Shown piece after piece: positions 39,031 to 49,964 of a stretch of DNA of 64,000 bases; position 1 is the first letter of the stretch; every line of letters starts with the position of its first letter. Where the stretch lies: contig CALLCZ010000052.1 of assembly GCA_937998645.1 (NCBI GenBank), positions 2,724 to 66,723 on the forward strand, read 5' to 3'. The translations under genes and the position numbers were made by a program. The stretch is from an uncultured Gammaproteobacteria bacterium (GTDB lineage: Bacteria; Pseudomonadota; Gammaproteobacteria; SZUA-229). The notes below the pieces were generated by a model, which ran no database searches, was not told where the DNA came from, and saw only the letters and a list, made by a program, of their open reading frames with translations.

Positions 39031-39210
39031 AAATTTCTAACGCATGATTACAGGACCAGGTCTGATCGTTCGAACGAAATATAAGCGTTTGAGTTGATAT
39101 GAGATATTGATTTTTCCGCTGTTACAGCTCAGCGCAAATGACGGGAATAATAGCGTATAATTCCGCCAGCCGTTTTCAGCGGTTTTATGCATAAATCATC
39201 AGGTACATGT

Positions 39211-40287
39211 ATGAGTCAAAAGATTGCAGTCTTGCCGGGAGACGGCATCGGCATCGAGATCGTTGCTGAAGCTGCCAGGGTGCTGAACCATCTCAAGAAT
39301 GACGGTCTCGATATAGAAATGATTGAGGCCCCGGTCGGAGGCGCCGGTTATGATGCTGCCGGCAAGCCGTTACCTGATGAAACCCTGGCCCTGGTAAAAG
39401 AGTCTGATGCAATTCTGCTGGGTGCCGTAGGTGGTCCGCAGTATGAAGCTTTGCCGCGCGAGCTGCGCCCCGAAAGAGGCCTGCTTGGCCTGCGTTCCGA
39501 ACTGGGCCTGTTTGCTAACTTGCGCCCTGCAATCCTCTACCCGCAACTTGCAGACGCGTCTTCACTCAAGCCGGATGTCGTAGCCGGGCTGGATATCATG
39601 ATCGTGCGCGAACTCACCGGCGGTATTTATTTTGGCGAACCGCGTGGTATACGCGAGAAAGCCAACGGTGAACGCGAAGGCTTCAATACCCTGGTTTACA
39701 GTGAATCCGAAGTTGACCGTATCGCCCGGGTTGCTTTTGACATCGCAATGAAGCGTGGCAAGCGACTGTGCTCGGTGGACAAGGCGAATGTGCTGGAAGT
39801 TTCGGAACTCTGGCGCGAGGTGGTGATCAAGGCCGGTAGCGATTATCCCCAGGTCGAGCTCAGTCATATGTATGTTGATAACGCAGCAATGCAGCTGGTG
39901 AAGTGGCCCAAACAGTTTGATGTCATGGTAACAAAGAACATGTTTGGTGATATTCTTTCAGATGCTGCGGCCATGCTCACGGGTTCGATTGGTATGTTGC
40001 CTTCGGCTTCGCTGGACGCGAACAGCAAGGGCATGTACGAGCCAATTCACGGCTCAGCGCCCGATATTGCCGGCAAGGGAGTGGCAAACCCGCTGGCTAC
40101 AATTTTATCGGTGGCTATGATGCTGCGTTACAGCCTGGATTATGCGACACTGGCTGATAAAATCGAACATGCTGTTGGCAGTGTCCTTGATAAGGGGCTG
40201 CGCACGCCGGATATTATGGCCGAGGGTTGCAGGGAAGTGGGTACAGTTGAAATGGGTGAGGCGGTTCTGGGTGAGTTGTCTGCCTGA
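39211..40287 (+). CDS. leuB: 3-isopropylmalate dehydrogenase
   Basis: Starts [18 protein letters not shown] (24 nt inside the longest ORF). Isocitrate/isopropylmalate dehydrogenase signatures ([15 protein letters not shown]...[23 protein letters not shown]). Confidence 0.95.
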   Translation: MSQKIAVLPGDGIGIEIVAEAARVLNHLKNDGLDIEMIEAPVGGAGYDAAGKPLPDETLALVKESDAILLGAVGGPQYEALPRELRPERGLLGLRSELGLFANLRPAILYPQLADASSLKPDVVAGLDIMIVRELTGGIYFGEPRGIREKANGEREGFNTLVYSESEVDRIARVAFDIAMKRGKRLCSVDKANVLEVSELWREVVIKAGSDYPQVELSHMYVDNAAMQLVKWPKQFDVMVTKNMFGDILSDAAAMLTGSIGMLPSASLDANSKGMYEPIHGSAPDIAGKGVANPLATILSVAMMLRYSLDYATLADKIEHAVGSVLDKGLRTPDIMAEGCREVGTVEMGEAVLGELSA

Positions 40288-40310
40288 ACGATGAGATTAA
40301 ACAAAAGAGT

Positions 40311-41333
40311 ATGAGCAAGACATTCGATGTAGCTGTTGTAGGTGCCACCGGCGCAGTGGGTGAAACCATGCTGTCGATTCTGGCAGAGCGCAAGTTTCCT
40401 GTGGGCGAAGTCTATGCACTGGCTAGCAGTCGTTCGGCCGGAAAAAGAGTAGAGTTCGGCAGCAAGCTGCTGACTGTGCAGGATCTGGCCGATTTTGATT
40501 TTTCCAAAGTACAGATTGGTTTGTTCTCTGCCGGCGCATCAATTTCAGAAGTGTATGCACCCAAAGCGGCTGCGGCGGGCTGCGTGGTTGTCGATAACAC
40601 CTCGCGGTTTCGCTATGACGATGACATACCGCTGGTAGTGCCTGAAGTGAATCCGCATGCCATTGCTGATTACAGGACACGCGGTATCATTGCCAACCCC
40701 AATTGCTCAACAATACAGATGCTGGTTGCACTCAAGCCGATCAGGGATGCAGTTGGTATTGAACGTATTAATGTGGCGACCTATCAGGCGGTCTCGGGTA
40801 CCGGCAAGGAAGCTATCGAGGAACTGGCGGGTCAAACGGCTCACCTGCTCAATGCCAAACCAATTAAAACCGAAGTGTATCCGAAGCAGATTGCATTCAA
40901 TGTGCTGCCGCAAATCGACGTCTTTCTCGACAATGGCTATACCAAGGAAGAAATGAAAATGGTGTGGGAGACCCGCAAGATTTTCGAGGATGACGCCATC
41001 CAGGTGAATCCAACAGCCGTGCGTGTACCGGTTTTTTATGGGCATTCCGAAGCCGTGCATATCGAAACGGGTGAAAAGATCACTGCCGAGAAAGCACGTG
41101 AATTGCTGTCTGCGGCTGATGGCGTCGTTGTGCTCGATGATCGCAACGACGGCGGTTACCCGACTGCGGTGACTGAAGGCGCCAATAATGATCCTGTTTA
41201 TGTGGGCCGTATTCGTGAGGATATTTCACATGAAAAAGGGCTGGATCTTTGGGTCGTGGCCGATAACGTGCGTAAAGGGGCAGCATTAAATAGCGTGCAA
41301 ATTGCAGAAATTTTGATAAAAGAGTATTTATAA
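40311..41333 (+). CDS. asd: Aspartate-semialdehyde dehydrogenase
   Basis: 340 aa. Rossmann N-terminus (VAVVGATGAVGETML). Catalytic Cys context (NPNCSTIQMLVAL). Confidence 0.95.
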   Translation: MSKTFDVAVVGATGAVGETMLSILAERKFPVGEVYALASSRSAGKRVEFGSKLLTVQDLADFDFSKVQIGLFSAGASISEVYAPKAAAAGCVVVDNTSRFRYDDDIPLVVPEVNPHAIADYRTRGIIANPNCSTIQMLVALKPIRDAVGIERINVATYQAVSGTGKEAIEELAGQTAHLLNAKPIKTEVYPKQIAFNVLPQIDVFLDNGYTKEEMKMVWETRKIFEDDAIQVNPTAVRVPVFYGHSEAVHIETGEKITAEKARELLSAADGVVVLDDRNDGGYPTAVTEGANNDPVYVGRIREDISHEKGLDLWVVADNVRKGAALNSVQIAEILIKEYL

Positions 41334-41474
41334 CCTATATTTAACCGTAAATACTTGAAGTATATTATCAAAGGGTTCCCGAAGGGGTCGGGGACTTGAT
41401 TACTACAATAACAAAAACAGGGGACTGCAGCAGGGCACAAGACCTTGCATTGACAGTAATGAGAGGGGAAACCA

Positions 41475-44465
41475 GTGCGTAAAATCATCTTTGCCTTGGC
41501 GTTTGGGGCTTTACTTCTACCTGATTACGGCTTCACCCTGGGCTTGGGTGAAATCGAGGTTACTACAGCGCTAAACCAGGAACTGAATGCAGAAATTCAG
41601 CTGCTTTCGGCTGCACCGGAAGATGTAGAAACACTTATTGTAAAGCTTGCTTCTCGCGAAGAATTCATCCGGGCCGGTATCGATCGTCCCTACATGCTCA
41701 ACAGTCTGAAGTTCTCCGCCGAGACGCGCGATGGCGTGCCCTTTGTCAGGGTGACTTCTGACAAGCCGGTTCGTGAGCCCTTCCTGAGTTTCCTGGTCGA
41801 AGTCGATTGGCCCAGAGGTCACATGATGCGTGAATACACCATCCTGCTTGATCCCCCGGTCTTCCTCGAACAGCAGGCACCTGCACAGCAGGAGCAGTTG
41901 AGACCCGCCGCGATGGAATCATCGCCACCTGCCGCCAGGGGTGTGTCCGAGCCGCAGAGCAGTAGCGGATTCAGACCCGCTGTAATGGGAGCGACGGCCA
42001 CCACCCCGTCAGCCGCTGCAGCACCCGCTCCAGAAGCCGGCGTGCAAACGACACAGGCCCAGGCGCCTTACCAGTCAGCACCAGCATATACACAGACTTA
42101 CTATCAGTCCCCTGGCGGATACCGGGTACAACAGGGCGACACGCTCTGGAGCCTGGCTGATGCAATGCGGCCAGACCAGTCGGTCTCCATAGAACAAATG
42201 ATGTTGGCAATGCTCCGGAGTAATCCGGAGGCTTTCATTAACGAGAACGTAAATGGCCTCAAGCGGGGCTACATTCTTCGCATTCCTGATGGTGATGACA
42301 TCGTTTCTATAAACCAGGATGAAGCCGTTGCCATGGTTCGCGAGCAAAATGCATTGTGGCGTGAGTACTATCAGGCTGTTGCCGGTGGAGAGACTGCTTC
42401 ATCGATGGATAGAGAAGGCGAAGGTAGCGCAGGCGCCGGTATGGACGAAAGCGGCGACTCGCGCCTGGAAATCGTGGCTGCAGGTAGCGGCACTTCCGCA
42501 GCAGGTGCAAAAGACCCGACGCAGATGTCATCCAGCGAACTGCGCGCTGAACTCGCTCTCGCCCGTGAAGCGCTGGAAACGGAGCGTGTTGAAAAAGAAG
42601 AATTAAATCAACGCGTGGTATCACTCGAAGGGCAGGTCGACAGGATGAAATCCCTGTTGACACTGGAAGATTCTGATCTGGCTGAAATGCAACAGGTGGC
42701 TACGCCTGTAGAAGGTGAAGCGATAACTGACGCCGGTGCCTCTGAAGAAGCCATGTTCGAAGAACTCGACGAAATGGTGATTGATGAAACAGCAGTGGCT
42801 GGCGATGCTGTAGTCGAGGAAATCACAGAAACTGAAGAAGTTGTTATCGATGAATCTGCCGTTGAGGAAGGCGGCGAGCAAGAAGTGTTCATCGATGAAG
42901 AGCAAGCTGAAATGGTTGAAGAGCTTGCCGGGCAGTCTGAAGCATCAACTGAAGATTTTGCAGTAAGCCAGAATACCGAGCCGGCATTCATGCAACAGCG
43001 GAAACAGGACCCGTTAACGATGTTGCTGAATAACCCTGTTCTGCTGGCGGCGGCTGGCGGCGGCCTGCTGCTGGTGTTGTTGTTGATCGCGCTGATTATG
43101 AAGCGCCGCAAGTCCGGTGATGAAGAATTCGCTGTTGCCGGCAATCTTGACGATATCGACAACATTACTGACCAGGTTGACGACCGCGATGTCATACGTG
43201 AAGTCGAAGATGTGCAGGTAGAACAGGAGATGGCCGAGGCTGAAGCCGTGGCAGAGACAGTTTCGACTGGACTTGATGCTGACACGGTTGCTATCCAGAC
43301 TTCAACTGAAGACACGGTGGCTGCAACAGATGAAGCCGAGACGGAGAGTGAGCCGCGTGATGACGTCATCGCAGAGGCTGATGTCTATCTTGCTTATGGA
43401 ATTTATCAGCAGGCTGAAGAGCTGCTTCAAAATGCCATCAAGGATGACCCGGATAAAGACAGCTATCGTGTGAAGCTGGCCGAGACATATCTTGCCGGTA
43501 AAAACTCCGATGGATTTGTCGAACTGGCTACGGAAATGAACCAGCGCCGCGGGGGTGAAGATACACCCGCATGGCAGAGAATTGTTGCTATCGGTCAGGA
43601 GCTTGTACCGGGTCATGCCTTGATCTCGGCTGCATCAGCTGGCGACCTGCTTGTGGATGATGAACCGGCTTCGGAATCACCTGAACCCATAGATTTTGAT
43701 CAGGGTTCTGAAGCAGATCAGCAAGCCGAAGCCCCGGCGCTTGATCTGGGTTTTGATGAATCTGAAGCTGGAATCGCAGAAGCGCCGGAAGAGGCGCTTG
43801 CGTCAGCTGAAAGTGTTGAATTCGACCTGTCTGAGACGGGGGCAGAAGCTGCGACAGAAAGTGAAGAAGGTATAGAGTTTGGCCTGGATGAAACGCAAGC
43901 CTTTGAGGCAGGGCAGACTACGCAAGAATTCTCGCTGGATATAGAAGCTTCCGAACTGGGTATTGAGGATGAAGGCTCAGGAGAAGCTGATGCCGGTGAG
44001 TTCGATCTCGATCTCAGTGCCGAAGCAGAAGAAGCGCTTGCTGCAGATGATGAAACTGAAGATACAGGCATTACGCTGGATGATGTTAATGAAGCCAGCC
44101 TTGACTTTGATACCGGTGATTCGAAGGCAGCGGAGCTGGATATCGAGGAGTCACAGGATGAATCAGGCGCTGTGTTTGATTTATCCGAAACCTCAATGGA
44201 AGAGGCCGTCGTTGAAATGGTCACCGAGCCGGAGACTGCACAGCCTGAAAGCAGGCCTGCGTTTAGTTCAGAATCGATGGATGATGATCTTGACCTGTCT
44301 GATCTGGATGATGTTGACGAAGTCAGCACCAAGCTTGATTTAGCCAAGGCCTATCTTGATATGGGTGATGCAGACGGTACCCGTAGCATCCTTGATGAAG
44401 TGATGACAGAAGGCAATGATGACCAGAAGAAAGAAGCCGATGATCTGCTCAGGCAGCTTGGATAG
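41475..44465 (+). CDS. fimV: FimV-like peptidoglycan-binding protein (LysM domain, TM segment, highly acidic region, C-terminal TPR/FimV motif)
   Basis: 996 aa, probably GTG start. Signal peptide. LysM (YRVQQGDTLWSLA). Single TM (LLAAAGGGLLLVLLLIALIM). Long Asp/Glu-rich C-terminal half. Conserved FimV C-terminal helix (LDLAKAYLDMGDADGTRSILDEV). Sits in the asd-fimV-truA synteny known from Pseudomonas. Confidence 0.8.
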   Translation: MRKIIFALAFGALLLPDYGFTLGLGEIEVTTALNQELNAEIQLLSAAPEDVETLIVKLASREEFIRAGIDRPYMLNSLKFSAETRDGVPFVRVTSDKPVREPFLSFLVEVDWPRGHMMREYTILLDPPVFLEQQAPAQQEQLRPAAMESSPPAARGVSEPQSSSGFRPAVMGATATTPSAAAAPAPEAGVQTTQAQAPYQSAPAYTQTYYQSPGGYRVQQGDTLWSLADAMRPDQSVSIEQMMLAMLRSNPEAFINENVNGLKRGYILRIPDGDDIVSINQDEAVAMVREQNALWREYYQAVAGGETASSMDREGEGSAGAGMDESGDSRLEIVAAGSGTSAAGAKDPTQMSSSELRAELALAREALETERVEKEELNQRVVSLEGQVDRMKSLLTLEDSDLAEMQQVATPVEGEAITDAGASEEAMFEELDEMVIDETAVAGDAVVEEITETEEVVIDESAVEEGGEQEVFIDEEQAEMVEELAGQSEASTEDFAVSQNTEPAFMQQRKQDPLTMLLNNPVLLAAAGGGLLLVLLLIALIMKRRKSGDEEFAVAGNLDDIDNITDQVDDRDVIREVEDVQVEQEMAEAEAVAETVSTGLDADTVAIQTSTEDTVAATDEAETESEPRDDVIAEADVYLAYGIYQQAEELLQNAIKDDPDKDSYRVKLAETYLAGKNSDGFVELATEMNQRRGGEDTPAWQRIVAIGQELVPGHALISAASAGDLLVDDEPASESPEPIDFDQGSEADQQAEAPALDLGFDESEAGIAEAPEEALASAESVEFDLSETGAEAATESEEGIEFGLDETQAFEAGQTTQEFSLDIEASELGIEDEGSGEADAGEFDLDLSAEAEEALAADDETEDTGITLDDVNEASLDFDTGDSKAAELDIEESQDESGAVFDLSETSMEEAVVEMVTEPETAQPESRPAFSSESMDDDLDLSDLDDVDEVSTKLDLAKAYLDMGDADGTRSILDEVMTEGNDDQKKEADDLLRQLG

Positions 44466-44624
44466 TCGTCAAGATTATATAAATCACAAGTATTGAAATC
44501 AGAACGGCACCAGGGATACCCGGTGCCGTTTTTGTTTATGCGGGTTTCGCATTTCGATCATTTAGTTTCGCAATTCATCTGTGATATCACTGCAACTATT
44601 TATTATCACGTGTCACTCAATATT

Positions 44625-44870
44625 TGGTTTCGCCTTGCTGGCGAGTTACTTTTCTTTGCATGCCCAAAGAAAAGTAACCAAAAGAAAAGGCATCCCGGGC
44701 GCTCGTGCTACGCATACCCTCAGCCATCTTCACTGCCAACGGGTCGTCTTGACTCGCCGTCCGGGCTCGACAAGACTCGATTGACCGTCCCTGGTCAATC
44801 GACCCTACCAGCGAAGCTGTCTTCGGCGAGCTTGACGGGAACAGGCAGTCTCCCCACGAGGTTGTCTGAA
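44625..44870 (+). repeat. Structured ~245-bp intergenic element, copy A (fimV-truA gap)
   Basis: Shares the conserved blocks tggtttcgcc, ggcgagttacttttc, aaaagtaaccaaaagaa, cttgactcgccgtccgggctcgaca(a/g)gact and gtccct with the reverse complement of 45000-45240. Contains a perfect hairpin gttacttttctttg/caaagaaaagtaac at 44645-44678. Confidence 0.75.
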
Positions 44871-44999
44871 ACATTAAGTTTTGGTAGGAATATTCGATAT
44901 GGACGTTAGATTCAAGGTAAGTAGATTACATAAACTTAGGTAACACTTTAGTCCAAGGACATAGGTAACAGATTAAATCATCAGCAGAGTTGTTTTCAG

Positions 45000-45240
45000 T
45001 AAGCTTGACGTGCTTTATTTCTCCCGTGAAGTTTGCCGAGGCATTCGGCTTTGGTAGGGAAAATCCGACAGGGACGTCGGATTTAGTCCTGTCGAGCCCG
45101 GACGGCGAGTCAGGACGGCCCGTAGGCAAAGCCGAATGCCTCGGGAACCCGAAGGGCAAACGTTTCGGGGCGGCGTTCTTTTGGTTACTTTTCTGTCGCT
45201 GTTGACAGAAAAGTAACTCGCCCAACAGGGCGAAACCAGA
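45000..45240 (-). repeat. Structured ~245-bp intergenic element, copy B (inverted relative to copy A)
   Basis: Reverse complement aligns block by block with 44625-44870. The hairpin gttacttttctgtc/gacagaaaagtaac (45184-45217) carries compensatory changes relative to copy A. Confidence 0.75.
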
Positions 45241-45388
45241 TGCTTGGTTACACAATAAATGAATCTGTAAACACAACAACCAATAGTCTGGAGTTTCACA
45301 GCGTGATACTCCAGACTATGCGGGTTATGCATGTCGCTCACGTTCGAGCGGCAGCGCTGTAGTTTGTTTAACAGCGGAATCCAGCCAG

Positions 45389-46210
45389 ATGAATGAAATA
45401 GAAAAGCCACAAAGCAGGCGCATTGCCCTGGGTGTCGAGTACGACGGCAGCCGCTATTGCGGCTGGCAGATGCAATCACACGGTACGCGCACGGTACAGG
45501 ATGAAATAGAGAAGGCCCTTTCTATCGTGGCAGACCACCCGGTGCAGGTTGTTTGTGCAGGGCGTACCGATACCGGTGTTCATGCTACCGGGCAGGTGGT
45601 TCATTTTGATACTGATGCCGAGAGAAAATTAAAGGCCTGGGTGATGGGCGTCAATACGCATTTGCCCGATGATGTCTGTGTACACTGGTCAAAACAGGTC
45701 GATGCCGGTTTCAGCGCACGCTTCAGCGCGAACATGCGCAGCTACCGTTATGTGATCCAGCAACGTGCTGCAAGGCCTGCGCTGTACAGTCACCGTGTGA
45801 CCTGGGTGTACGATGACCTGAACACGCGTGCGATGCATGAAGCGGCGCAGGCGCTGCTTGGTGAAAATGACTTTTCAGCATTTCGCTCATCCGCCTGCCA
45901 GGCCGAGCATGCGATGCGATTCATCAAGTCAATCGCGATCTCGGCCGAAAATTCGTTCGTTTATATCGATATTCAGGCCAATGCCTTTCTGCACCACATG
46001 GTGCGTAACATTGTCGGGTCATTGCTCAAAGTGGGCACAGGTGAACAGCCGGTAACATGGGTGGCAGAATTGCTGGCATTGAAAGACCGAACCCGGGCGG
46101 GTCCTACAGCACCGGCGCAGGGTTTGTACCTGGTTGCTGTACAATATCCACCTGAATACGATTTGCCGGTATCCGGCATGGTGCCTCGCTTCGGTGGAGG
46201 AAACGGGTAG
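45389..46210 (+). CDS. truA: tRNA pseudouridine(38-40) synthase
   Basis: 273 aa. Catalytic Asp motif (VCAGRTDTGVHATGQVVHFD). TruA family. Confidence 0.9.
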   Translation: MNEIEKPQSRRIALGVEYDGSRYCGWQMQSHGTRTVQDEIEKALSIVADHPVQVVCAGRTDTGVHATGQVVHFDTDAERKLKAWVMGVNTHLPDDVCVHWSKQVDAGFSARFSANMRSYRYVIQQRAARPALYSHRVTWVYDDLNTRAMHEAAQALLGENDFSAFRSSACQAEHAMRFIKSIAISAENSFVYIDIQANAFLHHMVRNIVGSLLKVGTGEQPVTWVAELLALKDRTRAGPTAPAQGLYLVAVQYPPEYDLPVSGMVPRFGGGNG

Positions 46211-46240
46211 ATATAAAATGATGAATTTCGGGATCATCCA

Positions 46241-46873
46241 TTGAAACAACGTACACGTGTTAAAATCTGTGGCATTACCCGCGCTGAGGATGCGCTTGCG
46301 GCAGCAGCAATGGGGGTCGATGCGATCGGGCTGGTGTTCTATGACAAAAGCCCACGCAACGTCGAAATTGAACAGGCCGCGGCAATTTGCCGGCAATTGC
46401 CAGCTTTCGTTACCACGGTGGCGCTGTTTCTGGATGCTGAAGAATCGCTGGTCAATGAAGTGCTGGTGCATGTGCCGATTGAAGTACTGCAGTTTCATGG
46501 GGCAGAGGATCCGGCCTATTGCGAGCGTTTTGCCAGGCCTTATATCAAGGCGCTGGGTATGGGATCTTTAAACCAGGAAGGTCTGATCAGCCTGTCAAAA
46601 TCATATAAAAGTGCACGGGGACTGCTGCTCGACAGCCATGAACCCGGTGCCGCAGGCGGAACCGGGGAGACGTTTGACTGGAACAATATTCCGCTGCTGA
46701 ACAAACCGGTCATCCTTGCGGGTGGCCTGACGGTAAGCAATGTTGCTGAAGCGATCAGTCGTGTACATCCATGGGCGATTGATGTCAGCAGCGGTGTGGA
46801 AGCAAAAAAAGGTATCAAGAGTGTCGATCTGATGTCGGCATTTATGCAAGAGGTTGAAAATGCCGACAGATAA
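46241..46873 (+). CDS. trpF: N-(5'-phosphoribosyl)anthranilate isomerase
   Basis: 210 aa. TIM-barrel PRAI signatures ([22 protein letters not shown]). Confidence 0.9.
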   Translation: MKQRTRVKICGITRAEDALAAAAMGVDAIGLVFYDKSPRNVEIEQAAAICRQLPAFVTTVALFLDAEESLVNEVLVHVPIEVLQFHGAEDPAYCERFARPYIKALGMGSLNQEGLISLSKSYKSARGLLLDSHEPGAAGGTGETFDWNNIPLLNKPVILAGGLTVSNVAEAISRVHPWAIDVSSGVEAKKGIKSVDLMSAFMQEVENADR

Positions 46874-48086
46874 TACGAAACAGACAATTGATTACTCTGC
46901 AATGCCGGATGAACGAGGCCATTTTGGCATCTATGGCGGCCGCTTCGTTTCGGAAACGCTGATGCAGGCGCTGGATGAATTGCACGATGCCTATGAAAAA
47001 TTCAGCACCGACAAGGACTTCCAGGCGGAGTTTGATGCTGACCTGGCCTACTATGTCGGGCGCCCCAGCCCGCTGTATCACGCCGAGCGCCTGTCGAAAG
47101 AAACCGGTGGTGCGCAGATATTTCTCAAGCGCGAAGACCTCAATCACACCGGTGCACACAAGGTGAATAACACCATTGGCCAGGCGCTGCTGGCCAGGGC
47201 CATGGGTAAAAACCGGGTTATCGCTGAAACCGGCGCCGGCCAGCACGGTGTTGCTACAGCCACGGTAGCGGCGCGCTTTGGCATGGAATGCGTGGTCTAC
47301 ATGGGCGCCGAAGACATCGTGCGACAGGCGCCGAATGTGTACCGCATGAAACTGCTGGGTGCCGACGTTGTTCCGGTAAGCTCGGGGTCAAAAACACTGA
47401 AAGACGCGCTGAATGAAGCCATGCGTGACTGGGTGACCAATGTCGATAACACCTTCTACATTATCGGTACCGTAGCCGGGCCGCATCCGTATCCGCAAAT
47501 GGTCAGGGATTTCCAGTCAGTGATCGGCCGTGAAGCACGCAGCCAGATTCTCGAAATGACCGGGCGCCTGCCGGATGCACTGGTCGCCTGTGTCGGCGGC
47601 GGCTCCAATGCCATCGGTCTGTTTCATCCTTTCCTCGGTGATGAGTCTGTAGCCATGTACGGTGTCGAGGCGGCGGGTGATGGTCTCGAAACCGGTCACC
47701 ATGCGGCGCCATTATGCGCCGGTAAACCCGGGGTATTGCACGGCAACCGTACCTACCTGATGGAGGACGAGGGCGGGCAGATCATTGAAACGCATTCGGT
47801 CTCGGCCGGGCTGGACTACCCGGGTGTCGGACCCGAGCATTCATGGCTGAAGGACATTGGCCGGGTGAGTTACGGCGCAATTACCGATACCGAAGCGTTG
47901 CAGGCGTTTCATCAGCTGACGCGCATCGAGGGCATTATTCCGGCACTCGAGTCCAGCCATGCGATGGCCTATGGCGTCAAACTGGCGGCTGAAATGAGCC
48001 CGGAGCAGAGCATGATCATCAATCTTTCCGGGCGTGGCGACAAGGACATGAACACCATTGCCAAAATCGAGGGTATACAGTTGTGA
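46854..48086 (+). CDS. trpB: Tryptophan synthase beta chain
   Basis: 410 aa. PLP-Lys motif ([11 protein letters not shown]) and GGGSNAIG loop. Overlaps the trpF end by 20 nt. Confidence 0.95.
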   Translation: MKMPTDNTKQTIDYSAMPDERGHFGIYGGRFVSETLMQALDELHDAYEKFSTDKDFQAEFDADLAYYVGRPSPLYHAERLSKETGGAQIFLKREDLNHTGAHKVNNTIGQALLARAMGKNRVIAETGAGQHGVATATVAARFGMECVVYMGAEDIVRQAPNVYRMKLLGADVVPVSSGSKTLKDALNEAMRDWVTNVDNTFYIIGTVAGPHPYPQMVRDFQSVIGREARSQILEMTGRLPDALVACVGGGSNAIGLFHPFLGDESVAMYGVEAAGDGLETGHHAAPLCAGKPGVLHGNRTYLMEDEGGQIIETHSVSAGLDYPGVGPEHSWLKDIGRVSYGAITDTEALQAFHQLTRIEGIIPALESSHAMAYGVKLAAEMSPEQSMIINLSGRGDKDMNTIAKIEGIQL

Positions 48087-48928
48087 GTCGTTTACAGGCA
48101 TGCTTTGCGCGTTTGCAGGCAGAAGATCGCAAGGCGTTGATTCCGTATATCATGACCGGTGACCCGCATCCGGAAGTGACCGTGCCGTTGATGCACGCCA
48201 TGGTCAAGGCCGGGGCGAATATCATCGAGCTGGGCGCGCCTTTCTCCGATCCGATGGCCGATGGTCCGGTGATCCAGGCTGCTGCCGAACGCGCGCTCGA
48301 GTTCCATATTACACTGCATGATGTATTCAAAGCGGTCACGGAGTTCCGCAGGCTCGATGATGTAACGCCGATTGTCATGATGGGCTATCTCAACCTGATT
48401 GAAGTCGCAGGCTACGAGGCTTTCGCCAGGCTTGCGTCTGAAGCCGGCATCGACGGGATTATCACCGTCGATATGCCACCCGAGGAAGCCCACGACTATA
48501 TTTCCGCGCTTAAAGGCGAGGGTCTGGACCCTGTATTCCTGATTGCGCCGACCAGCACGGATGAGCGCATAGCAAAAATTGGAGCGGTTGCCAGCGGATT
48601 TGTCTATTATGTATCACTCAAGGGCGTTACTGGAGCGGCCAATCTTGATGTCGATGACGTCCGGCAGAAAGTCGAGACCATACGCCAGCACATCGATATA
48701 CCGATTGGTGTTGGATTTGGCATCAGCGATGCGCAAACAGCGGCACGGGTTTCGGCCTGTTCTGATGCGGTTGTCGTTGGGAGTGCTATAGTTAAACGTA
48801 TGGCCGCACATCAACAGCACAATCCTGAACAGACTGGGCGGGTGATAAAAGATGTGTCCGAGCTGCTGGGATCCATGCGTGAAGCGATGGACGCAAATCC
48901 GGCGGAAGAAATAACAATAACGGCCTGA
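48083..48928 (+). CDS. trpA: Tryptophan synthase alpha chain
   Basis: 281 aa. Start overlaps the trpB stop (GTGA coupling). TrpA signatures ([20 protein letters not shown]). Confidence 0.9.
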   Translation: MSRLQACFARLQAEDRKALIPYIMTGDPHPEVTVPLMHAMVKAGANIIELGAPFSDPMADGPVIQAAAERALEFHITLHDVFKAVTEFRRLDDVTPIVMMGYLNLIEVAGYEAFARLASEAGIDGIITVDMPPEEAHDYISALKGEGLDPVFLIAPTSTDERIAKIGAVASGFVYYVSLKGVTGAANLDVDDVRQKVETIRQHIDIPIGVGFGISDAQTAARVSACSDAVVVGSAIVKRMAAHQQHNPEQTGRVIKDVSELLGSMREAMDANPAEEITITA

Positions 48929-48945
48929 AAACGGGGGTAGCGAAA

Positions 48946-49818
48946 ATGAGCTGGTTTGAAAAATTGATGCCTTCACGTATCCGTACTGAAGGCGGCACCA
49001 AGCGTGCCATACCTGAAGGCCTGTGGTCCAAGTGCACCGCCTGTAGTGCAGTGCTTTATCGTGCCGAGCTTGAGCGCAATCAGGATGTGTGTCCCAAGTG
49101 CAATCATCACATGCGTGTCTATGGTCGCCGGCGCCTGGATATATTTCTAGACGAGTCTCCACGCGAAGAAATTGCCAGTGAGTATGTACCGGTCGACAAG
49201 CTCAGGTTCAAAGACAGCAAGAAATACAAGGATCGTTTGATTCAGGCGCAAAAGAATACCGATGAAAAAGACGCGTTGATTGCATACAAGGGCAAGGTCA
49301 AGGGCGTTGATGTCGTTGCTGTTTCATTTGATTTCCGCTTCATGGGTGGCTCCATGGGTTCCGTAGTTGGCGAGAAATTCGTTCAGGCAGCCAACGTTTC
49401 ACTGGCCGAAAATATTCCACTGGTCTGCTTTTCGGCATCAGGTGGTGCGCGCATGCAGGAAGCGCTGTTTTCACTGATGCAAATGGCAAAAACCAGTGCG
49501 GTACTCGCGCGCATGGCGAGACAGCGGGTTCCGTTTATCTCCGTGCTTACCGATCCGACCATGGGTGGTGTATCGGCCAGCTTTGCCATGCTGGGCGATG
49601 TCAATATTGCCGAGCCCAGGGCCTTGATCGGTTTTGCGGGTCCACGGGTTATCGAACAGACGGTGCGTGAGAAATTACCGGAAGGTTTTCAGCGCAGCGA
49701 GTTTCTGCTTGAGCACGGCGCTGTCGATATGATTGTAGATCGGCGTGATCTGCGGGATCGCATATCAAGCCTGTTGCTGATGTTGATGAACAAGCCAGCT
49801 ATACAAGCAAGCCAATAA
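48946..49818 (+). CDS. accD: Acetyl-CoA carboxylase carboxyltransferase subunit beta
   Basis: 290 aa. N-terminal Zn-ribbon (CTACSAVLY...CPKCNHH). Carboxyltransferase core ([20 protein letters not shown]). Confidence 0.95.
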   Translation: MSWFEKLMPSRIRTEGGTKRAIPEGLWSKCTACSAVLYRAELERNQDVCPKCNHHMRVYGRRRLDIFLDESPREEIASEYVPVDKLRFKDSKKYKDRLIQAQKNTDEKDALIAYKGKVKGVDVVAVSFDFRFMGGSMGSVVGEKFVQAANVSLAENIPLVCFSASGGARMQEALFSLMQMAKTSAVLARMARQRVPFISVLTDPTMGGVSASFAMLGDVNIAEPRALIGFAGPRVIEQTVREKLPEGFQRSEFLLEHGAVDMIVDRRDLRDRISSLLLMLMNKPAIQASQ

Positions 49819-49964
49819 GCATCTTGTTATTACCCTTTTCGTGGTGATTATGTTGAACCATCAGCGTGTGTTTGTTGTATACCATATCGATCAGTAAAGG
49901 CCCTTCGACATGCTCCCTTCGACATGCTCAGGGTGAACGGATTTAATCCAGGATTCCACACGTA

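Noticed and set aside
42608-44347. Antisense ORFs (253 and 209 aa, Ser-rich) inside the acidic region of fimV
   Set aside because: The complement of a GAx/GAT-rich (Asp/Glu) coding repeat gives long Ser-rich open frames. There is no independent support, and the fimV frame is the one conserved in synteny.
44493-45479. ORFs 44493-44909 (138 aa) and 45015-45479 (154 aa) in the fimV-truA spacer
   Set aside because: They overlap the two inverted copies of the structured repeat. Their sequences are compositionally odd (Arg/Ser/Pro-rich), and the copies are not conserved at the protein level (conservation is in hairpin structure). They are better explained as non-coding repeat DNA.
49898-49927. Tandem duplication cccttcgacatgct x2 downstream of accD
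   Set aside because: It is a single 14-15-bp duplication in a 146-bp gap with no coding or structural consequence apparent. It is likely a replication-slippage scar.
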